Source: Candidatus Poribacteria bacterium
Lineage (GTDB): Bacteria > Poribacteria > WGA-4E > WGA-3G
DNA: 64,000 nt
Direction: 5' to 3'
NCBI GenBank assembly: GCA_965205025.1
Contig: CBDBFU010000004.1
Span: 89,453-153,452 of the forward strand
The notes beneath the pieces are model-generated. The model searched no databases and was not told the origin of the DNA. It saw nothing but the letters and a program-made list of their open reading frames with translations. Numbering within the stretch: position 1 is the stretch's first letter; each line of letters starts with the position of its first letter. Shown here piece after piece: positions 1-11,552 of the stretch. The position numbers and the translations under genes were made by a program.

Positions 1-1087
1 ATTTCTCCCATTCTACTGTTGTATTGTCATAGCCTTTTGCCTTAAAATGAGACTGCACGGTTTGCGACCATAGAGTTTCAGAATTCAGATACGTAATAAT
101 CCTATTTCTAAGAAGATCTTTCTCTGATTCACCTGTAATGACACCTATTTGTTTGAGTACATTCCGAACAATAAAATCAGAGAATATCATTTTTCCACTT
201 TCATCTACAAATTCAAGTAATAACTGTGTGCCTTCAACTATCTTGATAGTTAGTAGTCCTGTTTCCTTGTTAAAGTCGGCAACTATATCACTATTAGGAT
301 AGTACTTCTCTTTATAGAAATCTTGAATTGCTAAGATTGCATCATTTACATCGGATTTACGATATACTTCTCCAATAAACTCTCCTGCGACCCCCTTAAG
401 ATATTCAGAGAATACTGTTGAATTTCCTTGAAGATGGAATTTAGAGATAATTGTTGGACTCCCCAAGTCAATCTGATATGTTAAAATCCCAGTATCTGTT
501 TCTGTAATTATCTCTATCTGGCTATTAAAGTATCCATTATCCGCACACACTTCCTTAATCGAACTTTCATCTCTCTTAGCAATAGTTGGTAGATACATCC
601 CACCAGGTTCCAATCTAATCGTATCTCGGATTGCTTTATTTAGTTCATCTGAATCGACACCTATAAGTTTTATCGATTGAAGATGCATAACATTCTCTAA
701 TTCAAACTGCACAACAATCCCTTCAGATGTATCTTTGGTGTATACATTAATTTGTGAAAACTGATTTAAAGAATAGAGAGAATTTATACTCAGTTTTATT
801 GCATTCCGGGAAAACTTTGAACCAAGCTCTATTTGTGTATGTTCTTTTAGAATGTTATGAATTTGGTCGTTAGTTACAGGTAGATTGTCTATGGTGTATT
901 CAATCCTAACGACCTTTTTTGAGTGCAAGGAATGCTCTGTAGGATTTATGGGTAGAACAGTAATGTTCTCCTCTGCTGAATAAGAATTCAAACAAAAGAC
1001 ACACTGGAATAACAGAATTATCCCTTGAAGAATATAAACCTTATCAGACAGATAGGTAAAGGATCTTAACTTGGTGTTCAGACACAT
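1..1087 (-). CDS. POTRA-domain outer-membrane assembly protein (BamA/TamA family), partial, runs off the left edge
   Basis: Not in the ORF track. Manual translation from ATG at 1087 (2 nt after the TamB stop) gives MCLNTKLRSF...IILLFQCVFCLNSYSAEE (signal-like), then POTRA-like segments (GSKFSRNAIKLSINSLYSLNQFSQINV; DNGYFNSQI; AIQDFYKEKYYPNS; HFKAKGYDN). The frame stays open to base 1. It lies directly downstream of a TamB-like gene. Confidence 0.8.
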   Translation of the reverse strand, partial: MCLNTKLRSFTYLSDKVYILQGIILLFQCVFCLNSYSAEENITVLPINPTEHSLHSKKVVRIEYTIDNLPVTNDQIHNILKEHTQIELGSKFSRNAIKLSINSLYSLNQFSQINVYTKDTSEGIVVQFELENVMHLQSIKLIGVDSDELNKAIRDTIRLEPGGMYLPTIAKRDESSIKEVCADNGYFNSQIEIITETDTGILTYQIDLGSPTIISKFHLQGNSTVFSEYLKGVAGEFIGEVYRKSDVNDAILAIQDFYKEKYYPNSDIVADFNKETGLLTIKIVEGTQLLLEFVDESGKMIFSDFIVRNVLKQIGVITGESEKDLLRNRIITYLNSETLWSQTVQSHFKAKGYDNTTVEWEK

Positions 1088-1089
1088 TA

Positions 1090-4000
1090 TTAGAAACGTC
1101 TCTCCAACAACTGTAAATCAACCCCAAATTCACCTTTTTCATCTCCTTCCATTCTAATAGACATATTATTCCCAAAAGGCAAAGGATATTCCCCGATGAT
1201 GTGACGTTGTTTTGGATCAAACCCTGAGGAGATAGTGAATGTGATACCAGCAAAAGACCTTGAAATAGAATTGCCTGGTGAAAGCAACGCGAGAACATCC
1301 GCATCAGTAAATATAACAGTCGTAGAAGAATTTATGGGTTCAGCCCCTAAATTAACTTTCGCATTACCTATGTCTCCATTTTCGAGTTTGCCTGTAACTG
1401 TTGCAGTAATCATTAAATCCGCTATGCTTCCATCACTAAGTACCACACCTCGAATTGGATTAGGTGTCATGAGTATAATGTCTAACTCTGGATTAAAGGA
1501 TTTGTCACTAAGATTTCTGATTGTAGACCCCTCTTGTATCTCAAATATCTGTGTTATAATACTAATCTTCCCTCGTAGAATAGAAAGATCCCCCGTAAAA
1601 ATAGGTGCTTGAATTGCCCCAGTAAGTTGTCCTCGACACTTAATCTCAATGTCTGTATGTCCCCCAGTTGATGATAACAGGTGAAATTTGTTAGGGATAT
1701 CTATACCCAAATCTAAGGTGACATTTCGTATGAATGGCATATAGAACAATAGATCTGTATCAGTTACTGTACCTGCGGAGAATGAGTCAAGGAGATCTTC
1801 CCAATTCCAATTCTGTTTATATTGCCCCGAATGGATTCTGATATCTCCATTAAGCTTTGTGTCTGCAATCATCCCTGTTAAATGTAAATTCTCAGAACTT
1901 AACTCAATCTGGTATTTTTCATTTTCAGTAAAGATAGAGTTTTTCATACTACCTATAACATCCACACTCTGAACTTGAAACCAATCAGTAATTATATTAC
2001 CATTTGCTGTGAAGTCTCCACCGTTTAGTTGTCCTTTCATTTCATCAAATCTAATACCTTGTTCTGTGAATTCAAAGGTAGATTCAAGATTCTCAAAAAA
2101 TATAGGAGAACGTGCAATAGATAGTGAATCAATATTAAAGTTGCCATGTCCAGAAATCTTTGATGCATCTACGTTTCCAGTAATTGTTGCAGTGATATTA
2201 CCTTCCCCAACGGCAGATTGAACATGAGGATCAATAAGTGGTAATATACCGAGTTGATCCATTATTACACTAATTCTTACATCCATTGGATCTGATGAGG
2301 GTTCAATTTTTGATTCTATCAGAGATATATTTAAAGGAACACTACCTGAACAAATAACTCTATTCTTACCAATACGAATTTGTGTTTTCTCTTCTACAAT
2401 CGTCCAATGTTGGTTGAGAGAATCATAACGAAACTCTCCAGAAAATTCATCAATCCCAGCTTGATTTATAGTCAGTCTTTCTCCTTCTAATCTGATAAGA
2501 ATATTCGGTGCAGCGTATTCACCTGTAATACTAACAGTTGTGGACAACATTCCATTCATTTTATAGAGTTTTGTAAATTCATTAGGTAGGAAATAATTAA
2601 GGGTAGAAATATTGAAATTGCTAATCTTTAGATTGGCGAAGATCTCTCCATACAGATCCAGTCTGCCAAAACAACTTAGAACAAGCGGATTAGTGACTTC
2701 ATTTGGATTGACAGGAATCGTATTCTCAAGTCTTAACCCTTTCAATCTGAATGTGCCAGTATTAAGAGTAAATGGAACGGTTTCTGGATTTGTAAATTCA
2801 TATTGCTGATCTAAATAAAGAAAACCGAATGAAATATGATCGATAGTAAATTCTGCTTCTGCCTCACGCGAAATAGCATCAAAGTTTACACTTCGAACTA
2901 TTTTCGGTATTGGAATTTCCTCTCCTTGTTGAAAGAAACTATCAAATGATAACATCATTTTAGAAATAGATGTCGTCACCTCACCATTTACTTCCTTGAA
3001 GAAATCAGAAGGTAGAACCTTCTGTAAAACAGAACCCAGAGGGTATTTCGTGAATGATACATCCTCGATGATTAAATGCTTAGGCATTAACCCCTCAAGT
3101 TGTAATTCGCCTTTTCGTAGATCGAAATTTCCATCACCCATTTCAAATTTACATTGAACTAACTCAATAAGACCTTCACGTGCCTTAAGTTGTAACCTCA
3201 TCTTTTCCAACACTTGATTTAGTGCTTTCGTCTGAACTTTCCTTGCTTCTATAAATACATTTCCATCCATATAAGGACTTTGGGTCGTACCATTTAGTGA
3301 TAATTTAATATCGGTGACTCCATCTGCTTCTGCAAAAATAGTGTCTATTCCTGGAAAAAATGTAAGCGGCAATTCATTTCCTGCCAATTGAAGATTTATG
3401 GGTAAATCAATAAACCTGTCTCGTATTGAAACTTTTTCTAAATTTAGGTTGAAGGGAATAAATCCAGTTAGTTTTAGTGAATGTCCATTATTGTTAAGTT
3501 CAGATAGTATAGTTATCTGCTTTTCCAAATACTGGATGTTCCCACTCCATTGGATAGGTAGATTGGATTGTTTGTGTAATAGGTTTATAAGTGATCCTTG
3601 CCAGTTAACATCTATTTTAGGGGTGATAATATTCCCCCCAATACCAATGTTAACTTGAGAATTGAGAGTAGGAGAGGTAAGTCTTAGAGGAATTAATGTG
3701 GTTATGATACTATCTTTTAATGCTAAATCGATAGGGGTAATATTGGTAATTTGGATATTGTGGCTATTTAAAATAAGCTCATGAATCTCGCTGGTCATTG
3801 AAATATCATTATAGTTAAATCCGTTACCTGAAATTTTCATACTTCCACTGATATTTCCAGTAAGGAGTGAAGAATCTACATTGAAATCCTTGAGAAAATC
3901 GGCAATTTCCAACTTCTCAGCAGAAACTGCTAAGGTATAATTGATTTTCTTATTGTTGATCCTTGAAAATGATGTCTCGCCATCTACCTGGATATTACTT

Positions 4001-7000
4001 TTCCCAATCTGACCATTGACTAATAAATCATTAATACCAACTAACTCTGATCCAATCGTTGCAGTGGCATGTATTTTATCCATTCTGATAGGTTTTTCAA
4101 ATGTACCAATGTATATAGGATAATCATCAACTGTATGTGAATTAATGTCAATAATAGGTTCTGCTATACTACCATTAATATTTAGTTGCACTTTAACATT
4201 CCCGTTTAAAAATGTCGTATCTCTTGCAGAAAGATGGTTCACTACTTCATTAGGTAAAGAGTTTTTCAGGATATTTGAGAAATTAGTTAATCCGATATCA
4301 TCACCGTTGACATTCAGCTTGAGTTGCGATTTCTCAATGTTTTCTTGATTGATTGTTATATCACCATCTACTTGAATGATATTATTCAATAAATCAAATG
4401 AGAATGGCAGAATATGTAGTTTATTATTATTATAATTAAACTCACCATTAGCATTACTAATCCCAATATCTCCTGAATCAGTATTCCAAACTAAGGAGGG
4501 TATTTGCCAACTAACACTCACTATAGGATTGGTCAAAGTGCCTTGCAGTTTCAGATCATAATATGCTAATCCAGTAATCGGAAGATTTAATTCATTGACG
4601 AAAGCATTTAGTGTTAAGTCTTGGTTATGAGATGATACGATGTTAATCTTTTCAGTTTTTGCATCAATTGTACCTGCGATTTGTAGGAAGGGTTCCCGAC
4701 CTTGACCTATAGCGAGGGAACTATCAGTGAATGTTATAATATCATCCAGAATTTCTATTCGAATAGGGTTGGGGTTTGAGAAATGTAATGAATTGTATTG
4801 AAGTTCAGTGTCGTTGATAACTATATCAACATCATACGGATATACCCGTCTTTCTGACTCCTCTTGCTTAGTAGATGCCAACTCAGCAATTGTGCCTTTG
4901 ATTCTAACTATGCTGTCTGCTGTTCCTGTTATGGATTCGAGGGTAGGATGGAAGATCCGTAAAATCGGTGCTGCAGCGATTTTCTTACTTATAGCTGTAA
5001 AGTCATAGGGATTGTCTGCACCAACACTCACTGTACCTTCTATATTGGTCGTATCTTCAAATGCTTTACCAACGAATTTAAAATATCCTGGATCAGTACT
5101 TTTCTCAGGTGGCTCTATTAATTTACCATGAACATACCCATCACCGAGAGGATTATTATTGAATGAAAGATCTGTAATGTGTATTGAAACTTCTGTAGAG
5201 GAAACATCTGGTTTTTTATAGAATGAGGTGACATTTACATTCATCATACCATTGAATGGAAAATCATCAATACTTGCAGCAACAGCAATCTCAGACATTT
5301 TAATTGGATTGTCTTTATTATTCTTTAGACTAAAATCAAACTCACCTGTCTTAGATACATGTGTATTAAGAGTAACTAATTGATCCCGTGAAGTTATTTG
5401 GAAATCTTGGATAGTTAAGGAGGTATCATTAATATCTAATTGAAACTGCAATGGATCTAACTTAATTTCCCAAGCTACTCCAGATTCAACACTAAATTCT
5501 CCTCTACCATCAAGATGTGTAAGAGAATTGTAAAGATTTAACTCACCAGAGATGATCCCATCTATTGGATAATTATTCTTAAGAAGGATTCTGTTATAGT
5601 CTTGATCCAAAACGAGTTTTTCAGCAATTATTCTCATATTGACAGGGAGTTTCCCTTCCAACTTAACTTCACCCTCAATGGCTATTTTTGTGTCTCCATC
5701 AAAACCATTCTTTGTTAAGTATGCGTTTTCAAAATACACAGTACCATTCTGGTATTGATAATCCCCTGCCAATCGTCCCATTGGAATATAATCATTATCA
5801 AAGAAGGCATCTGGTATTTCAATATGTCCTGTAGCAGTCCTATCCTCTTTGATTTGTGTTGTAATCGTACCAATACCTTTTAGGGGTAATGTATTAGCAA
5901 TTTCACAGAGCTTACCAAAGTCTACATTACTCAAGACCACCGTTGGAGTTTTAAGATTCCCATTAATATCAACATCAGATCCGTCTATTTTCCCATCTAC
6001 CATTATTGCCAATGAATCATCAGATTCTGGTTTGATAGTACAATTTAGAGATGAATCCTGTAATTTGATAGTCTTAGTCCGAGTTAGTAAACTTGCATCT
6101 GATAGTTGTATATTTCCATTAAAATCAAAGTTTCCATTATTAGTATTACCGGTTAGTTTTGCTGAACCAGAAATGATCCCAGATTTAATTTGTGGGACTG
6201 AAGATGGAATTTCAACCCAAATAGGAATAAGTGGTTTGAGTTGAACATCAGATATATCCCAATTGCTCTTATAAGATATTGGATTTTTTACGAAGTGTTG
6301 GATTCTTTCGATAATATTCCCTTCAGATGAATTGTCAAATGTCAAACTACCCGTGCCAGAAAGATTACCCTCTGCAATCTGTAGACTTAACTCATTAAAT
6401 GTAATCATTGAATCTTCGTTTAATTCTAATGATGTATCAACAAATATATTTGAAATGTCTATCCGTTTTGTGTTGGTTATTAATGGTGTCTTCAGATCTA
6501 CCCTCTTCTCAATTAGCAATTTCGGTGCTACTACAATAATAGAACCATTTAGAGTTGTGTTTGTTCCGTTAACCTCAATTGAAATCTTCCCATTCCCATT
6601 TAATTGTAGATCGTGAATAAAGAGTCTTTCAATATCTGCTGCGTCAAAATCCAGCTCTGCGTTTAACTCCCATTTATTATTATTCCACTCACCACTCAAA
6701 ATGAGATCTGAGTTGCCAAATTTCAGATGATGTTCTCGTAAATTACCCCCTGTTGACGATAGGTTAAATTGGATTTCCTTCTCTAAAGTGTCAACAGATA
6801 ACTCTTCTCCATCTATAGAAAAACTACCTTTGCCAAAGATAAGTTTGCCAGAATGTCCGGATTCCTTTTGCTTTCCATCCACTTTTAAGGTGATGTCTGG
6901 GAGGTTAAACTGGGTATTATTCTTTTTATCAATGAAATTAATTTGACCCTTTTTGACATTGACATTTGAAATATCTAAGGTAAAAGATGAGTCCGATTCC

Positions 7001-7410
7001 TGAGATGATTCCCGTAATACTTGGGTAAGGTTGACCTGTCCTTCAGCATTGCGACGTATGTTTAATTCAGGATAGTTTATTTCCAGACCTGAGATAACCA
7101 ATTTGCGTCTAAGTAAACCAAAAAAATCGTAATTTAATACTATATCTGTTGTAGTGAGAACAGGAGGAGTATCAACATTTTTTTCTCTTATCCTAAACTC
7201 TTTAACTTCTATTCCAGTAAAAATATTTCCACTTAACCTATCAATATATACAGTGTATTTAGCATCTATTTGATCCTCTATGACTCGGATTATGGGTTCT
7301 TTAAGAAATTCATCCAAGAAATAACTTGATCTAAGGAATAGAAATCCAAACAATCCAATTAGTAAAAAGCATATAGTAAATGCAAGTATTATTTTCTTTC
7401 TTCGTGTCAT
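1090..7410 (-). CDS. TamB/AsmA-like translocation and assembly module protein (2106 aa)
   Basis: N-terminal signal anchor, AsmA-like N-terminus (LNIRRNAEGQVNL), long beta-rich repeats, DUF490-like C-terminus (GQLTGAIQAPIFTGDLSILRG...FNPELDI); adjacent to a POTRA gene. Confidence 0.8.
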   Translation of the reverse strand: MTRRKKIILAFTICFLLIGLFGFLFLRSSYFLDEFLKEPIIRVIEDQIDAKYTVYIDRLSGNIFTGIEVKEFRIREKNVDTPPVLTTTDIVLNYDFFGLLRRKLVISGLEINYPELNIRRNAEGQVNLTQVLRESSQESDSSFTLDISNVNVKKGQINFIDKKNNTQFNLPDITLKVDGKQKESGHSGKLIFGKGSFSIDGEELSVDTLEKEIQFNLSSTGGNLREHHLKFGNSDLILSGEWNNNKWELNAELDFDAADIERLFIHDLQLNGNGKISIEVNGTNTTLNGSIIVVAPKLLIEKRVDLKTPLITNTKRIDISNIFVDTSLELNEDSMITFNELSLQIAEGNLSGTGSLTFDNSSEGNIIERIQHFVKNPISYKSNWDISDVQLKPLIPIWVEIPSSVPQIKSGIISGSAKLTGNTNNGNFDFNGNIQLSDASLLTRTKTIKLQDSSLNCTIKPESDDSLAIMVDGKIDGSDVDINGNLKTPTVVLSNVDFGKLCEIANTLPLKGIGTITTQIKEDRTATGHIEIPDAFFDNDYIPMGRLAGDYQYQNGTVYFENAYLTKNGFDGDTKIAIEGEVKLEGKLPVNMRIIAEKLVLDQDYNRILLKNNYPIDGIISGELNLYNSLTHLDGRGEFSVESGVAWEIKLDPLQFQLDINDTSLTIQDFQITSRDQLVTLNTHVSKTGEFDFSLKNNKDNPIKMSEIAVAASIDDFPFNGMMNVNVTSFYKKPDVSSTEVSIHITDLSFNNNPLGDGYVHGKLIEPPEKSTDPGYFKFVGKAFEDTTNIEGTVSVGADNPYDFTAISKKIAAAPILRIFHPTLESITGTADSIVRIKGTIAELASTKQEESERRVYPYDVDIVINDTELQYNSLHFSNPNPIRIEILDDIITFTDSSLAIGQGREPFLQIAGTIDAKTEKINIVSSHNQDLTLNAFVNELNLPITGLAYYDLKLQGTLTNPIVSVSWQIPSLVWNTDSGDIGISNANGEFNYNNNKLHILPFSFDLLNNIIQVDGDITINQENIEKSQLKLNVNGDDIGLTNFSNILKNSLPNEVVNHLSARDTTFLNGNVKVQLNINGSIAEPIIDINSHTVDDYPIYIGTFEKPIRMDKIHATATIGSELVGINDLLVNGQIGKSNIQVDGETSFSRINNKKINYTLAVSAEKLEIADFLKDFNVDSSLLTGNISGSMKISGNGFNYNDISMTSEIHELILNSHNIQITNITPIDLALKDSIITTLIPLRLTSPTLNSQVNIGIGGNIITPKIDVNWQGSLINLLHKQSNLPIQWSGNIQYLEKQITILSELNNNGHSLKLTGFIPFNLNLEKVSIRDRFIDLPINLQLAGNELPLTFFPGIDTIFAEADGVTDIKLSLNGTTQSPYMDGNVFIEARKVQTKALNQVLEKMRLQLKAREGLIELVQCKFEMGDGNFDLRKGELQLEGLMPKHLIIEDVSFTKYPLGSVLQKVLPSDFFKEVNGEVTTSISKMMLSFDSFFQQGEEIPIPKIVRSVNFDAISREAEAEFTIDHISFGFLYLDQQYEFTNPETVPFTLNTGTFRLKGLRLENTIPVNPNEVTNPLVLSCFGRLDLYGEIFANLKISNFNISTLNYFLPNEFTKLYKMNGMLSTTVSITGEYAAPNILIRLEGERLTINQAGIDEFSGEFRYDSLNQHWTIVEEKTQIRIGKNRVICSGSVPLNISLIESKIEPSSDPMDVRISVIMDQLGILPLIDPHVQSAVGEGNITATITGNVDASKISGHGNFNIDSLSIARSPIFFENLESTFEFTEQGIRFDEMKGQLNGGDFTANGNIITDWFQVQSVDVIGSMKNSIFTENEKYQIELSSENLHLTGMIADTKLNGDIRIHSGQYKQNWNWEDLLDSFSAGTVTDTDLLFYMPFIRNVTLDLGIDIPNKFHLLSSTGGHTDIEIKCRGQLTGAIQAPIFTGDLSILRGKISIITQIFEIQEGSTIRNLSDKSFNPELDIILMTPNPIRGVVLSDGSIADLMITATVTGKLENGDIGNAKVNLGAEPINSSTTVIFTDADVLALLSPGNSISRSFAGITFTISSGFDPKQRHIIGEYPLPFGNNMSIRMEGDEKGEFGVDLQLLERRF

Positions 7411-7435
7411 TCTTTATATTTAGGTTATTGTCCAA

Positions 7436-8263
7436 TCATTGATAAAAAATACTATGGGCGGTATCCACAACCTCAGTTACGTAATCGGTAATAAATGCTA
7501 AATGTTGTTCTACCTTAGAATTATGATCTTCTGTGTTAGTTTGTTTTTGTGCCCACAACAAATATTCAATATTCTTAATATCTTGGTGAATTGGTGAAAA
7601 ACTTATCCCTTTTGTCCATAAAGAACAAGTTTCTTGTAGATAAACGATTAATTCTATCAAGGTTTCCCTATGTACATTAGGATCATCAACAATACCGCCT
7701 TTTTTGACATATACACGTCCAGCTTCAAACTGTGGTTTTACAAGTGCAATTATTTCAGTAATCTCTAACGTATCAAGTACTACTGGGATTACTTTACGCA
7801 AAGAAATAAATGAGACATCGAACACAGCGATATCAAGTGGATGTGAAAATAAATCCGGTTTTATGTGTCGTATATTCGTCTTATCCAGTATTTCTACACG
7901 AGGATCTTTTCTAAGCTTCCACGCAAGTTGTCCGTAACCTACATCAACAGCGTATACAAAAGCAATTTCATGTTGAAGTAAACAATCAGTAAAACCCCCA
8001 GTAGAAGCACCGACATCAATTGCGACTTTGCCCTTTACAACAATATGAAAATCTTGCAATGCCTTCTCTAACTTGAACCCTCCCCGACTGACATATCTTG
8101 ATGGGGTAGCAATCTCAATTTCAGCTTCAGGAGAAATACGTTGTCCAGGTTTTAGGTTTGAATTGTTATTTACCTTGACAGCACCAGCCAATACAAGTCG
8201 TTTTGCTTGAAGACGAGTTTCTGCCAAGCCTTTCTGGACAATAAGAACATCTAACCTTTCCAT
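7436..8263 (-). CDS. tlyA: TlyA family rRNA 2'-O-methyltransferase
   Basis: S4 domain ERLDVLIVQKGL, YVSRGGFKL, DVGASTGGFTDCLLQ, DVSFISL, LVKPQFE. Confidence 0.95.
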   Translation of the reverse strand: MERLDVLIVQKGLAETRLQAKRLVLAGAVKVNNNSNLKPGQRISPEAEIEIATPSRYVSRGGFKLEKALQDFHIVVKGKVAIDVGASTGGFTDCLLQHEIAFVYAVDVGYGQLAWKLRKDPRVEILDKTNIRHIKPDLFSHPLDIAVFDVSFISLRKVIPVVLDTLEITEIIALVKPQFEAGRVYVKKGGIVDDPNVHRETLIELIVYLQETCSLWTKGISFSPIHQDIKNIEYLLWAQKQTNTEDHNSKVEQHLAFITDYVTEVVDTAHSIFYQ

Positions 8264-8318
8264 TCCTGATAGTTTCCTATGTAAAAAACACTAATGATCT
8301 CAATCCGTCCCAACCGAT

Positions 8319-9542
8319 TCAATCAGTTTTGCTTTTTAATAATGAGCTAACGGTAATATCTTTTAGTATTTCTGAATGCGTGTGCTGTAATTCACTAAAT
8401 ATCTCTCTTAACTTTGAGGATGTTGGTAATATCTTCGAAAAATTTTCTGTAAGTTCTCCATCAACTACTTCTATAATAGAATATAATGTAATTTCACTTA
8501 ACGAACATGCTGGAAGATATCCTTTTGTATCCCCTTCTACTTCATATATTAAGTCCAAATTTTTAAATCGTTTAAATACTCTCTGTACGATTGATTCTGG
8601 AACCCCTACTGTTGCAGCGATGTCTGATGGTAGACATGCACCTTTACCTTCATGGAAATGATTAGCAGCAACAAGGAATAATGTAATTATACCTTGTAAA
8701 TTGATATACTCACTATTATCATTTATCTGTTTTCCATATATACCATTCTGATGATTGGTATGCTGCGTTGCATGGGTCACTTCAACACCCAATAGAATCA
8801 CAATCCATGTGGCATAAATCCAAATTGCTAATAATACTAATAATGCAAATGTACCGTATATTTCACTGTAATTATTGTAAACCAACTCAAAATAATAACT
8901 AAAGACAATCCGCGCAATTTGAAATAGCGTACCAGCTATAATTGCCCCCGTAAGAGCAGCTTTCCATTTGACGCTGGTGTTTGGTAATGCGGTATACATG
9001 AAAAAGAACAAACAATAGATAAGAAACCATGGAAAAAAGTTCGCCAATAATCTGTTATCCACAGTCGAAAAAATAAAGAATATTGCCAGTGGTCCTACCA
9101 AAAGCAACATACAAAGAACTGAGTATTTTTGAAATGCTCTTATAAATGGCAGACGTTGTCTACTTCTCCATATAGTATTGAAATGTTCTTCAATAGACAT
9201 AAAGAGGATTACAGATACTACGAGGAATAAGAGGAAACCACCAACACCAAGGCTGGTAAGATTTCGAGTAGCAAATTCAGAGATCCCAGCAACAATTTCT
9301 TCTGCCCCATAGTGTGGAAAGAAGTCATTCAATGCAGCAATTAAGGGAGAATCTTTATTTTCAACTACTCCGAATGTTTTTAGCAAGAAAAGTGCTACTG
9401 CTGAGAGGGGTATGAAACTGAGAAGGGAGTTAAATGCAAGTGAGGCTGCTTGATGTAAACATTTATCCTGCTTAAATTGCGATAATATATTTGCACTGAT
9501 ACCCAATACATAGGTAGAGAACGACCTAAATGTGTGATACAT
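8319..9542 (-). CDS. YihY/BrkB family membrane protein with C-terminal Rrf2-like HTH
   Basis: AASLAFNSLLSFIP, IEEHFNTIW, YSEIYGTFA...WIYATWIVILLG; C-terminal winged helix ending GYLPACSLSEITLYSII. Confidence 0.85.
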   Translation of the reverse strand: MYHTFRSFSTYVLGISANILSQFKQDKCLHQAASLAFNSLLSFIPLSAVALFLLKTFGVVENKDSPLIAALNDFFPHYGAEEIVAGISEFATRNLTSLGVGGFLLFLVVSVILFMSIEEHFNTIWRSRQRLPFIRAFQKYSVLCMLLLVGPLAIFFIFSTVDNRLLANFFPWFLIYCLFFFMYTALPNTSVKWKAALTGAIIAGTLFQIARIVFSYYFELVYNNYSEIYGTFALLVLLAIWIYATWIVILLGVEVTHATQHTNHQNGIYGKQINDNSEYINLQGIITLFLVAANHFHEGKGACLPSDIAATVGVPESIVQRVFKRFKNLDLIYEVEGDTKGYLPACSLSEITLYSIIEVVDGELTENFSKILPTSSKLREIFSELQHTHSEILKDITVSSLLKSKTD

Positions 9543-9691
9543 TTTGTATATTTAGATGATATAAGCATTAAACCAAATTGACTGTAAAATGAATCTCATA
9601 TCCCATTATCAAACGGATTCGAATCGACTATTTCCATATAATGTCTAAAATTCGACTCAATCTTAATTTAGCCCACACAATTCAATCTATT

Positions 9692-11551
9692 TTAAGATTT
9701 TACCGCTAAAGCAATACCTGCTCGGATAATCGCTTGCGTATCATAACCATAACGGCTGTATAGAGTTTCAACATCTCCGTGTTCTATAAATCGATCTGGT
9801 ACACCAAGGGTAGTCACACGAACATTTGTAAGACCTTCAGCTGCCAGTGTTTCAAGTACAGCACTCCCAAAACCTCCCATTAATGCCCCATCTTCTACTG
9901 TAATAATCTTGCCGATTTGTCTTGCTAAATCTACGATTAATGTCTTATCTATAGGTTTAATAAAACGTGCATTTACAACTGTAGTATTGATTCCTGTTTC
10001 GTTTAAAGTTTGTGCTGCTTCAAGTGCAGGATATACCCTATTTCCAATTGCCAAAATGACTAAATCCTCACCTTCACGGCATATCTCAGCTTGCCCAATT
10101 GATAGAGGAGTAGGGTCGTTTGTCAACTTAACCCCTATTCCTGTTCCCCGTGGATAACGTAACGCAATAGGACCTAATTCATAGGTTAGTACGGTTTTTA
10201 GCATGTGTTGTAATTCGTTCTCATCCTTTGGTGCCATTGACACGATATTTGGAATAGCTCTGAGATATGAAATATCAAAAACACCATGATGAGTAGGTCC
10301 ATCTGCCCCAACTAACCCGGCACGATCAAGTGCGAATATAACCGGTAAATTTTGAATACAAACATCGTGAAGAACTTGATCGTATCCTCGTTGTAGAAAG
10401 GTTGAGTAGATTGCAACCACAGGTTTTAACCCTTCAGTCGCGAGTCCAGCAGCAAATGTGACAGCACATTGTTCTGCTAACCCAATATCAAAACATCGAT
10501 CAGGAAATACTTCTGAGAATTTATCTAATCCTGTTCCGCCTAACATGGCTGCCGTCACGCCAATAATTCGAGAATCTTGCTTGGCTTCTTCAATAAGTGT
10601 ATTGCTAAAAACATCGGTATATTTAGGAGTAGCAGAGGAAGGTCGGAGTGATTTACCTGTCTCCAAATCAAATTGCCCACTAACACTATAAAACCCTTCA
10701 GGATCTTCTTCAGCAGGTTTAAACCCCTTTCCTTTCTTTGTTACCACATGGACCAAAATAGGTCCGGTTAACTCTCGTATCCCTGTCAAAACAGGGATAA
10801 GTGATTCTAAATCGTTACCGTCAAGAGGACCAAAATACCGAAAACCAAATTCCTCAAATAAAGTGCCAGGTTTTAGTGAAGCCTCAATTTTCTGTGCAAG
10901 TGCTTTGGCATCAGATGATATAAAATTCACTAATTCCTTAGCACCTGATCGAAGGCGATTATATCCGCGTGAACTAATCAATTTATGAAAATGTTTAGAG
11001 AACGCACCAACAGTAGGTGAAATAGACATCTGATTGTCATTTAGGATAACTAACATATCCTTCTTGTAATCCCCAGCGGTATTTAATCCTTCAAGTGCCA
11101 TACCTCCTGTTAATCCACCATCACCAATAATTGCAATAACCTTAAAGTCATCATTGTTTACATCACGAGCTGCTGCAACACCTAATGCAGCAGCAATTGA
11201 TGTACTCGAATGTCCTGCCCCAAATACATCATACTTACTTTCTTCACGACTTAGGAATCCACTTATTCCATCGGTTTGACGCAAAGTATCAAATACATCA
11301 AGTCGACCTGTAAGTAATTTATGTGGGTAAGCTTGGTGTCCTATATCCCAAATTACTTTATCATAAGGAGTATCAAAGACAGTGTGTATAGCGATTGCGA
11401 GTTCTACGGTACCAAAGTTGGGTGCAAAATGCCCCGGATGTTTAGATAAGACAGTCAAGAGTTGGGCGCGCATTTCCTGGGCAAGTGTTTTTAATTCGGA
11501 TATCTTGAGATTCTTAAGGTCAGAAGGATCCTTTATTTTCTCTAATACCAT
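9692..11551 (-). CDS. dxs: 1-deoxy-D-xylulose-5-phosphate synthase
   Basis: WDIGHQAYPHKLLTGR, GAGHSSTSI, GDGGLTGG, DRAGLVGADGPTHHG, LRYPRG. Start moved to ATG 11551 (MVLEKI), which follows GGAG. Confidence 0.97.
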   Translation of the reverse strand: MVLEKIKDPSDLKNLKISELKTLAQEMRAQLLTVLSKHPGHFAPNFGTVELAIAIHTVFDTPYDKVIWDIGHQAYPHKLLTGRLDVFDTLRQTDGISGFLSREESKYDVFGAGHSSTSIAAALGVAAARDVNNDDFKVIAIIGDGGLTGGMALEGLNTAGDYKKDMLVILNDNQMSISPTVGAFSKHFHKLISSRGYNRLRSGAKELVNFISSDAKALAQKIEASLKPGTLFEEFGFRYFGPLDGNDLESLIPVLTGIRELTGPILVHVVTKKGKGFKPAEEDPEGFYSVSGQFDLETGKSLRPSSATPKYTDVFSNTLIEEAKQDSRIIGVTAAMLGGTGLDKFSEVFPDRCFDIGLAEQCAVTFAAGLATEGLKPVVAIYSTFLQRGYDQVLHDVCIQNLPVIFALDRAGLVGADGPTHHGVFDISYLRAIPNIVSMAPKDENELQHMLKTVLTYELGPIALRYPRGTGIGVKLTNDPTPLSIGQAEICREGEDLVILAIGNRVYPALEAAQTLNETGINTTVVNARFIKPIDKTLIVDLARQIGKIITVEDGALMGGFGSAVLETLAAEGLTNVRVTTLGVPDRFIEHGDVETLYSRYGYDTQAIIRAGIALAVKS

Positions 11552-11552
11552 C